64,000 nt of DNA from Paraphysomonas bandaiensis (lineage: Eukaryota; Protista; Chrysophyceae): contig CBFFRP010000303.1 in assembly GCA_965644295.1 (NCBI GenBank), forward strand, positions 1 through 64,000, read 5' to 3'. Positions within the stretch are counted from its first letter, which is position 1. Every line of letters starts with the position of its first letter. A program made the position numbers and the translations under genes. Under the pieces are notes generated by a model. It was not told the DNA's origin, made no database searches, and saw nothing but the letters and a program-made list of their open reading frames with translations. Shown piece after piece: positions 34,192 through 44,378 of the stretch.

Positions 34192-35126
34192 ATGTCTCGT
34201 CAAGGACATCAACCACCTGAGTTTCTTCAATCAATGCCACAAGTCAGCCCGGCTATGCTCAATTATGGCGTGGAAACGACGTCTAATATACTCAAGAAAC
34301 AGAGAGATATATATATGCCGGGAATGTCTAATTTTTGGCATTCCTTGAAAGTTTATTTTATGGTAATAATGTCCTCAGGTGCTTTCTGTAATATAAATGT
34401 CTTCTTATAGGTTAGCAATACCTATGTTATTAAGAAAGTGCCTATTGTAATATTCCCATTTCAAACAAAAGCTTGGGCCAGAGTAGGTGAAGATGATATC
34501 TCTGTAAGTTATTCTCAAGTAAGCACTTTCACGACGTGCAATGTAACTTGTGATTGTTGCGAATCACCAGGAAGAAGTATCTACCCATAAGTGGCTTCCA
34601 CCCAAGTATGACGTGAACGCCCCAGATTTGTATATTCCGACAATGGCCTTTGTTACTTATGTCTTACTAGTGGGATTAGTGAAAGGTGCCAACAATAAAT
34701 TCACTCCTGAGGTTTTAATTCAAGCGGTGTGGAGCTGCGTTCTTCTCCAGCTATGCGAAGCTGGGCTGATGAAATTAGGCCTTAGTATGATGCAAGCGAA
34801 CCTTCCTTTTTTGGATCTCTTTGCTTACACAGGATATAAATATGTGGGTATCTGTGTTGCGACACTCTCACTGATATTTGGGTCTACAATGTACTTCCTT
34901 GCGAGTTTATACACCGGTGAGTTAGTCGTGCACTGCTTCTCTGTCACATTCTAAGTTTATTTGGTCCGTTTCTTCAGGAATTTCTATCGCTTTCTTTGTG
35001 CTGAAGAGCATGGCAAGCGCAGTTCCAACAACTGCAGTTAGCTCCTCGGGTCCACCTCGCCATCTCGTTATCTTAGCCTTTGCCGTCATGCAATTCCTTG
35101 TTACTGCTCTTCTTTGCTACTTGTAG
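34192..35126 (+). CDS. YIF1: YIF1-family ER-Golgi membrane protein (4 exons)
   Basis: LKVYFxVSNxYVxKK, DVNAPDLYIPTMAFVTYVL, DLFAYTGYKYV. Confidence 0.9.
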
Positions 35127-35466
35127 ATGGACTAGTATAATTTTTTTATGTGCTTGTAGTTCCTTTATTTAGGTCTAGTCGAGCCGCGCAAATTATTTAG
35201 TGCCTATGTAATCATAAGAATCTAGACTTAATATTTCATCTGTTTGTTTCTTACGAAGGAATTCCGATTCTGGAAAATGTATTTGATAAAGTTTGATATA
35301 TCATATCGTAAAAATAGAAATTTATTTATTAGAAACAATTAAGACAGCTGTCATACACATTCTACTAAAGAAAAATTAAAACATAAGACGCAATGAAGTA
35401 TATGCATCCGTTGTAAACTGAAAAACGCGAATGCATAAAGCATGTGATGCCTTTAAAAACACACTT

Positions 35467-36111
35467 TTACCATAAATCATTCTCATCATCTACATATTCT
35501 ATGTTTGTTCTGAAGTCGTCGAAACAGGTGGATGAAGTGTCCAAGGATATATCGCTGTCAACACTGTTATCATCAAATAGATTTTCATTGTAAATAGGAG
35601 GGACTGATTGATTCGAAGAACATGACTGGTAACATGAAGATGACGGGTCTAAATTTGTATGGAATGAGCTTTCACAATGAGAAATCATTGGTGCTAATTG
35701 AGAGAGGTCGAAAAAATTGCTTGGAGATTGAATACGAGGTGTGGCCACCAAACTTCCCGGATTACATGGGGATATGTGAGACTTTATACCACTCTGTGGT
35801 AAATATGTTTCGCAATTGAAATCGCATGGTAAAGGATCACAAAAATTTGATATCTCATGGCGTCCATCCTTTGAATCCTGACACGACTTTGTTGTTAGTG
35901 TGTATGCGAAACCGCTGTCGTTGCCATAGCCATGACAACAGCATTCAGAGCTAAAATCGCCCGAACTCGAATATTGCAAAGAATATTGCTGCCAAAATAA
36001 ATCAATAGACTTGCACTGGCCAGGTGGGGGGGAGGATCTGCGGCGATACTTCAATACATGTTGGGAGGGGTCTGCCCCTAGAACACCTATATCTGCTGCT
36101 GATCTCTTCAT
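35467..36111 (-). CDS. Hypothetical Ser-rich protein
   Basis: 214-aa ATG-started ORF divergent from the FkbM gene; no recognised motif. Confidence 0.45.
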   Translation of the reverse strand: MKRSAADIGVLGADPSQHVLKYRRRSSPPPGQCKSIDLFWQQYSLQYSSSGDFSSECCCHGYGNDSGFAYTLTTKSCQDSKDGRHEISNFCDPLPCDFNCETYLPQSGIKSHISPCNPGSLVATPRIQSPSNFFDLSQLAPMISHCESSFHTNLDPSSSCYQSCSSNQSVPPIYNENLFDDNSVDSDISLDTSSTCFDDFRTNIEYVDDENDLW

Positions 36112-36478
36112 TGAAAATTCAGGTACTGACTTTTAAGCACTAAAGCTGCTTGGACTGAAGTATTTCTGCACTCTTACAACGGATTGATTGCCCTCGGTAT
36201 CATGTTGCGATGAATGGACACCTTGGCCCACGATGGACATCTAGACTGCATCTGTCTCCGTATCCTCTGTGAGTGTATATACGTAGTGTATACGCGGTAT
36301 ACAGTATATTGTTGCTGTGATGTATACATGTGAGCTGTATACTCAACTGTGCTGTATATGAGCATCATCAGGGGGGAGTGTGATAAGACACGCACTGAAG
36401 CTCCCCATTGTGCTTTATGTGTATGTGAGGCAACTCTCTTCATCTGCCACTAGTTTTAGTGAATATTTAGTGTTCGTT

Positions 36479-37989
36479 ATGGTTGATAGGCTCAATAAGA
36501 TCGTGATATTATTCCTCTGTCCTCTCATAGTAAGCGCACGCTCTTTAATTACCAATGAGACTATTTGCGGGATGTTACCGTTGCATAACGGAAGCATGAC
36601 TGCGCTTTCTCACCAAGAGAAAGTTGCATATTGCAAGCACTTTAAGCCTTATGTGGTGAATAGCGTGACTAAACCAGACATGTGTGTAGCCAGAGAGGAT
36701 TCCATGGTAAAATATGCTGCTTTATTGTGCATATGAATCTTAGCGTAGTGTATCCTGCGTATTCTGATTTTCGACTTCTATTTTATTATCAAGGTAATAA
36801 TATTTGTTGTGCAGCTTAAAAATGGAAGATCAATTATTGGAATAATAGAAACAAGAGGTTATCTGCCAACTTGCCGTGTAATGCAACTGCTCTTGTGGAT
36901 GATGGCTACAGTAACTGGCGGAGTTTTGCGCAGTAAACTCTTTATTGATGTTGGTAAGCGCGCACATTTCATTCATGTACCCTACCCTATCTATCAATCA
37001 CAGAGTATATAATTTATGACCACTGAGCTACCTTATTCTAGGGTCCAATATTGGGTCGTGTAGTGTTTGCATGTCATCACTTGGGCTACACTCTATAGCA
37101 ATCGAACCATATCTGCCCCATGTGGACATAATACATGCCTCAAAGCGGCTAAATTCTCACAGTATGCATATAATTCACGGAGGGGCTGGTGAAGTATCCA
37201 CGTCACAAAATGTCGTATTCGAACATGGTGGGCAAAACTTTGGGGCCACAAGGATAGATCAGGTAACAACTCCCGGTAGGTTGCGGAAAAGGAAGTTGGG
37301 AGAACAATATGTGATTTCGAAAGTTGAATCTGGAAAACTTGACATAGTTGCTCTTTTCGATATCATTCCAAATGACAAGGAGGTTAGACTAAGTGATTTG
37401 TACTGTTAAATTTACATCGGTATTTAGGTATCTATGCTGAAGCTTGATTGTGAGGGATGTGAATGGAAGGCTTTATTAGGGTGAGCATAGTGTGATTTCA
37501 CACCGTAGTTAGTCTTACTGGTTCTTCTTAGTCTCGGAAACAAGCTCAAACAGGTTGCGATGATCAAAATGGAGGTGGGGAACAAGTACTTTCCGGGACC
37601 TAATAACACAGCGACGCCGTACTCGAATGTGCTTCATTATCTACACGACAAGTAAGTTGAAAACTTTACCAATTTTTATAGTAGCGATGACGCTGTTTTG
37701 ATGCAGCGATTTTGTACTTTTCAAAGATATATATCCTGATACTGCTTACTACTTTGGCAAACGAAAAGGATTTTTAGATCCAATTGATGAGCTCTTTGGA
37801 GCTCTCCACGCGCCGCAGGATAATGGAGTGGATATCGACGTACTGCGAAGAAGTGCGGTCAGTATACTGAAGGCTGAAATTAAGGAATCCTCTTTTACTC
37901 AAATGTGGAAGCGAAGGGAATTATTGGATGTTATTGCCATTCGCCGTGACATATATCTCCAAATGAATGCTTTTTTTGTGAAAACCTAG
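36479..37989 (+). CDS. FkbM-family methyltransferase with a signal/anchor peptide, multi-exon
   Basis: FIDVG|SNIG SAM motif split by an intron, AIEP, LKLDCEGCEWKALLG. Confidence 0.82.
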
Positions 37990-38498
37990 TATTAACGAAA
38001 CGTACCATCGATTCATTATACAAAACATTATAAAAAATTAATAATTGTGTTGGTACTCAGTCTGTTTCTTTAAAAGTTGTTATTAACGAAATCGTACCAT
38101 GTATGGTGCTGTGTCAAGTTGCCCTACCGGGTATCCGTGACATTGTGATACCAGATTCTCTGACCCTGGCTCAACTAAACCAAACTGAGTGCCCACAGCT
38201 CTGATTTGATCTTCATGACCTGTGTCACGAGAAGGATCATATCCTTCTAACAATATCCAATGACTCTACCCACTACCTACAAGATAGGTTCTAGCAGAGT
38301 CCTGCCCTCAAACTTAGGTTCCTTCATAATAATAATATAATATCATATATATTATATAATATAATAACATGTAAATATACACTATATATTACTACTGGCC
38401 ACCTACAAGTAAGTTCCAACATAAAGATATTACATCTTATTATCAACGCACCTATGATTCCCAGGCCAAAGAATTGACCTTCATCCACTTTCTATACC

Positions 38499-39377
38499 TA
38501 TTGACTACTGGTCATTTTCACAGTTAAGATCGTTAAGAGAAGTTTATCGTAATCAAACCCCTCAACAAAGTCGAACTCGCATCTTTCGTGGTGTTTTGGG
38601 GGATAAGTTCCAGAGATATGTCTCCAGGAAACAAATGAGATCCGCAAACATAGCGAGCAGATAACGTTCTGCCCACTCATAGCCTAATGCTTGTGTGGTA
38701 CAAGGGACACCAATAAGTGTAACTTGTGTAGACGTCTTTGGGCCTTGACTAATAAACAGGCATCCGGAAATGGGCCCACCTCAAGGGTAACCGGGATTTT
38801 GGGCTGCCTGCTGAAGTCAAGCATCTGGGATGTTCACTTTAAGGATTCAAAAAATCTGAAGTCAGCAGATGCCAGGTATATCAACATTCTGCTTGCTCAC
38901 GGCGTTTGCTTTGAGCGATAGAGCGGAGGTGGTTGCACCTTGGTGCTTGCTGCGACGCACAAGCAGCCTCCGTAGCGTTAAACAGTAGGATAATAGGGTT
39001 TGTACTAGTTAGTTATAGGTAGACGTCTCTCTAGCTTGACTAGTTTTATTCTAGCTACTAAACTGGTGCTGATTCTTAACACATATTGCTAATAATAAGA
39101 CTTTCAATAATCGTAACCAAACTATATGGACTCTTTTATTAAATTGCATACACAATTGTGTGTGTTGTCATGTAAAACATGTCAACAACATGATAATTTA
39201 TTTCGTTCATGTCAACCACTGCTCAACTTCCGTATCTTGAATCGTTATAATGCAATACTTCAGTTTCACAGCTATAGCTATATAGTATCTTTGGCAACGT
39301 ATTACTGTTTTTCACATTATTGTATTTATCGTATTCTACAGTACTATCTTCGAGAGCGAGCCATAAGTATTCCAACA
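38499..39377 (-). mobile_element. Solo LTR of the element-2 family, interrupted by the short retroposon at 38559-39109
   Basis: Both halves align to 25546-25865; TSD ATACC (38494-38498, 39378-39382). Confidence 0.88.
38559..39109 (+). mobile_element. Short retroposon copy 3 (best full-length copy): HDV-like ribozyme head, structured body, LINE-shared tail
   Basis: Flanked by ATCGTAATCAAAC (38546-38558) and ATCGTAACCAAAC (39110-39122), a 13-bp TSD with one mismatch, inside an LTR whose uninterrupted form is in this window. Confidence 0.85.
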
Positions 39378-40330
39378 ATACCTATACGCCAGTCGAAACA
39401 CAGTAAATGCTGATAGCTCATTATCATCGTATAAGGGAAGATACATTCGGGATTTCGTTGTAGTTGATGCAAAGTACATCTAGTTCAAATGCAATATACG
39501 ATCAAAATACGCATTTATAAACAAAAAGAGTATTGACATCATGTGCTTCAAATTTCAAATTCAATCTCTTGAGGACAACATAGAACACGTGAAGTACAAC
39601 TGCATTACTGGATAATTCGGCAATACACCTCTATTATCCTGAATTAAAAAACGTATTCTCCAGTAAAATTTTCCAACAGTGCGTATCATAAATATGTCCA
39701 GTAAATATCATCAATCATGGTTCTAATCATCATACATCATTGCTAGTCTGCATTATATATCAGTTATCTGTTATCTCTTTACCTATTTCTGTTATATATC
39801 ATGGTATAATTTAAAATAAAACATATCATATAATAGTCATTTTATTCAATAGATCCTGATTCATGGAGTCGATTTTCATAATAATTGTATCCTTTCAAAC
39901 ATGGAATATGTACAAGCTTAAGTATATGCAATAGAGAGCTCATAGTATACAAAAACCTAGTAGCCGGTTATTACAACATTGTGCAAACCAAAAAGAGGTA
40001 AAACTGATTATACAACTCAGAACACATTGTACACTAACTAATATACATATTATGAAATTAGCATGCAATATTTTAGACACAGGACAATACTTCTTGCTTT
40101 GAGTTGATTCAAACATCCTTTCATACATATGTCCTCATGATATGATCTTTCTAAGCAAACACTGTAACGCAAAGTGTTGACAACGTGAATATCTTTAGAA
40201 TAAAAAAGAGTACAAGAAAAACATCTCCTCTAGAAACATTTCGGGATTACAACGCATAAGTGGTCGGATAATGTACACTCTGTGTTGCGGATGGTGAGGT
40301 TTAGAAATCCATCATCCATTGCCTAAAGAG

Positions 40331-40789
40331 TTAGGTTTGAGCATCCTCTTGAGCTTGAACTATGGCTTTGTATAAACACTCAATAGTATCATCAAAACGA
40401 CCACTCAATTTATACGCTTGCGCCATGTTACTCAAAGAGGATGAGCTACCGCGTTGAAGAATGTCCACTGCCTTCTGCAGGTATTCTATGGCAGGACGAA
40501 ATCTACGCTGGTCATGATAAACACGTCCGATACTGATGTAGATCTCTACGACCGCATCACTCTCACTATCACACCCCTCTTCACTCAGAGCACCTAGCGC
40601 ATCATTGTAGTGTTTGAGGGCATTTTCAAGTCGACCCTGAGAGTACGACAAGTCTCCGTGCCTCTTCAAACCCTGAGAGGACGACAAGTCTCCGTGCCTC
40701 TTCAAACCCTGAGAGGACGACAAGTCTCCGTGCCTCTTCAAACCCTGAGAGGACGACAAGTCTCCGTGCCTCTTCAAACTATCGGCCAT
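40331..40789 (-). CDS. TPR-repeat protein with four tandem copies of a 12-aa N-terminal unit (36-bp repeat, 40635-40778)
   Basis: TPR helices (QGRLENALKHYNDAL, IGRVYHDQRRFRPAIEYLQKA); LKRHGDLSSSQG x4. Confidence 0.7.
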   Translation of the reverse strand: MADSLKRHGDLSSSQGLKRHGDLSSSQGLKRHGDLSSSQGLKRHGDLSYSQGRLENALKHYNDALGALSEEGCDSESDAVVEIYISIGRVYHDQRRFRPAIEYLQKAVDILQRGSSSSLSNMAQAYKLSGRFDDTIECLYKAIVQAQEDAQT

Positions 40790-41251
40790 TACACACTACA
40801 CAAACACTGAGTGGGATTCACGTATGCGAACAGCACACTCATAAATCTTCTTCTGCCTCCACTTCCTTACGACAAACGCACACTTCGTTTGAGCGACTTC
40901 TTCAGCAGTAAAGACGCACACACGAAATCTGCTCAGGAAAAATACTGAAAATGATACTATGTATACGGTATACCATACAGTATTATGATGGTATACGTCG
41001 TATGACCTGTTGTCGTAGGGGAGACACCCACACCTACATATGATACCAGGGATACGACATCCAGCTCTGTCCTAAAGCAGCTTCTTGAATGCGTGTTTTT
41101 TTTTGACGACAATTGTCGAAGGGGTTAGCTGCAGGACTATACATACATCAAACATAACCAAGTTCTCATTATATTGTGTAGATATTGTTAAATATAAGGT
41201 CACCACTTCTCCATTGGGGATATGGAATAGTCCCGTAAACAGAAGGAGCAC

Positions 41252-41653
41252 ATGTCAAATACTATTCTTACAGATGATGCTACCGTAACGGACCCAGATT
41301 GGGAAATTTTTGAAGATGTGGATTCAAGTGATGAACCACGACAGGAATTGGACCAAACTGTAATGTCGCAATCATATATTGATATCGGAATACCTGCGTC
41401 TAATGAGACACAGAATATATTGACTCCGGTTTTTGAAGAACCAGAAATTGAACGGACGCTGGGGAGCACTAATTCAGAAGACAAAAAACACGAAGCACTA
41501 GAGCTTGAACCGGCTGATGCCACACCTACTACAGATACGCCAGTTATACAACATGAACATTGGTGGCAGAAAAGTAGTGTCGGGATTGCTGTTTTAGTTG
41601 GTGCAGTTTCAGTGGTGGCGTTCGCCATCGCCAAATCATCACATCACAAATAG
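41252..41653 (+). CDS. Small acidic protein with a C-terminal transmembrane anchor
   Basis: 133-aa ORF: acidic body, hydrophobic VGIAVLVGAVSVVAFAIA, short basic tail. Confidence 0.6.
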   Translation: MSNTILTDDATVTDPDWEIFEDVDSSDEPRQELDQTVMSQSYIDIGIPASNETQNILTPVFEEPEIERTLGSTNSEDKKHEALELEPADATPTTDTPVIQHEHWWQKSSVGIAVLVGAVSVVAFAIAKSSHHK

Positions 41654-42519
41654 CGACGCATCGATATGAAGAAACGAGATGTTGTATGAAATCATTGTAT
41701 GAACATTCAACAATGTGTGGCGTGTTTTATTAATAACTATTTATTCCTTTTGTCTTTCACGAACCACCATCTGGGCTTGGAAGATGTCGACACATGTAAC
41801 TCACTGCAATTCTTCTCCGCCCCCTGTAGGCTGTATTCAATAGAACATAAAATACAAATACAATTTTGCTTAGAGATTGTTTTATTTAACCATGGGTATA
41901 AGGAAGCTATATCGTCCCGTGCCCGAGTCTTATAATTTGGGCAAGGGGCGATACTCGTTATCCCTGAGTTAAATTGTACATTGTACCTTGTCCTCATGAT
42001 GTTGAAAGCCTAAAATATCTAATAGAAAATATTTGCTTGCTGTAATAGAAAATAGGTGCTTCCTGCTTAACATTAAGAAAATGAAAAATCAATAGGATCG
42101 ATATATATAAGCTTAGTTAATAACAATTGTACTAGATTAGCTCAAAAACAATAAATTCACAAACTTCAATTATAGCTACAAAATATGTTATTACCCTACC
42201 ACAGAGGGATGGTAAGGGAATAGCACACTGTGATGAAGAGCTGAAAACATACAGTAGTACGAGGCTTCTTGTTGTCGCTGGCATTATCCTCTAATTCTCA
42301 CAGTTTAGGTGTTTAGCTACATCACGTTTAACCCCTACTAGTGTAACTGAACCGAACGCTGTGCGTATGATATGAGCCACACAATCCTGATGAACACGAT
42401 GTTACCTTAACCCTGAAAGTGCTGGATGTCACTGCTCCAAATAGTCTTCAGCATCAGAGGTGGCAGTAGAACACTCCAGTAATATTGTTGAAGTATTGTT
42501 TCAAAGCTCTGGTTATGAA

Positions 42520-43055
42520 TTCTTTTTATTTAGCAATAGGCGTTAGAAATCTGTACCAATATAGTGGTTAGTGGAATGCTAGTCATGCTAGTTAGACCTC
42601 TACCCATAACTAATCCGTACAAATTCCGTTATCCTACTATTTAACGCTACAGAAGCTGCTTGTGCGTCGCCGCAAGCACCAAGGTGTAACAACTTCCGTT
42701 CTAAATTTTGTTTGTGAGTTTCGCCCTGCTCGTGCGTCTTTGACTCACTGGCGCGTGTTGTCTGGGGGTCTTCCCTTAGGATACGGCTCCACCAGGCTCT
42801 GTGGGACAGGGTTTTGCATTAAGGTCCGAAATGTACCGAGTACTAGATGTGCGTTCTGTGAGGTGAGTGGAGTGGTGGAAGGTGTCGGTATTTCCTTGCA
42901 TCGCTTGGGCATCAGGCATAGGTGTAGTTGCCAGAGACGGCGTATTTGTCAAGGTCCAGATGTTTTCATGCAGTCCGGTGCTTTTTTCCTGCGTGCATGA
43001 GAGGTGGTGCATGTGGTTGCAGTGGATGGTAGTCCAGTCTCTGGTCGTCTTTGGA
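42520..43055 (-). mobile_element. 5'-truncated non-LTR retrotransposon (LINE-like) 3' end; putative partner of the short retroposon
   Basis: 13-bp TSD CTCTGGTTATGAA (42507-42519) / CTCCGGTTATGAA (43056-43068). A degenerate reading frame ends ...YPKGRPPDNTRQ*, followed by a ~190-bp tail homologous to 38920-39106. Confidence 0.7.
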
Positions 43056-44378
43056 CTCCGGTTATGAAGATAGACATCATCATGATCTTCTACACAAGAT
43101 GAAGGGTAGAATATAACTAGGAGTGTTTTCGGATCTGTTCTGAAATTCGAGTCATCACTGTGATTTCTCTATAATTGTGTAATATAATGAAATTACATAC
43201 GAAAAGACTGCCAATATCATAATTACGATAGAAAAATGTTTCAATTCAAACCGAATACTAAAGCAGCTGAATGTCTATATTTACCCAGTGCTAATATAAG
43301 CGTTTGATTGAACAAAATCCGGGTCAAAATATTATTATTTAGACAAAATGGGGATAAGTTTTATTTACGAGAGTTAATGGCATTAGATGTTAAGAGTTTT
43401 GTTTAATAGATACAACATGCAATATGCCAGGCATGAAAATGATAGAAATTTCAATCGTTCGATACTCAACGGTAGCAAAATACTGACAACAACACATACG
43501 AGGCTTTTTGTACTGCAATTTGTACTGAATGAATATTGTGGCCCGTATCCTCAAATCAAATTACAGGATGGCATCTAACGCACGGGACGTACACTTGCGA
43601 TGTGTATGAAATATCGTGTCCTGCATTCGTACTCAAACCCTTGCAATGCCGATACCCTAGTACTCATACGAGATCATCTCATATATAGTCGATAACATCA
43701 CCCTTTGACTGAATCCCAGACAACTTTAAGTGAATGAGGTACTTTGTCCCATTCAGAAATCGCCCCACAATTGATCATAATTCTCTATGACACAATGGTT
43801 ATTTCTACGTATTTTACAGAATTGCATGTTAATAAGTGATATCATGCGTCACTGCATTGTACAGGCGAACAAATCAAACTTTAATAATATTTTAACCAAG
43901 ATAGACTCGTAAATGAGCTCCCTTTGATACATTTTGTGCAGTGCATGCTCATATCTTCTGTAGCTCCTATACACACTTGAAACACACTCACCCTTCCTTC
44001 ATAAAAGCACGTTCATATCACTGGTATGACAGAGAATCTTGATACATGCCCGTGATTGTGTAGAGCAGAACAATCTCTTGGAGGAGGATCAGATGCAGCA
44101 GCCTTTGAGTACAGAATACCGAAATACGGAATACGGAATACCCCGATATGTTCTCAAAATCAAAGTATATTCCAATATCATTCTAGAAACCCCTGATTTC
44201 ATACTAGATATTCCAAGATATCATAATTAGTCGTTGATTGTTTTGAAGTAAAAGCAACACTTTCTTGTGTATATTTACATATACATGTATGGGTGTACTG
44301 TATGAGTGAGGTATGTCAAGTGTCCTCGTGACATACAACCATACACAGTGATAGACCTGGAGTACATGTCACATTACA

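Noticed and set aside
38559-38645. tRNA-derived SINE head or group I intron interpretation
   Set aside because: No cloverleaf or conserved B box on the sense strand, and group I P/Q/R/S-like words are not correctly ordered; the HDV topology explains more positions.
38559-39109. MITE, Helitron or Fanzor interpretation of the dispersed repeat
   Set aside because: No TIRs and no TC...CTRR ends; the 13-bp TSD and a tail shared with a truncated element point to target-primed retroposition.
40635-40778. 36-bp repeats resembling a CRISPR array
   Set aside because: Head-to-tail with no spacers, in frame within a TPR ORF, in a eukaryotic context.
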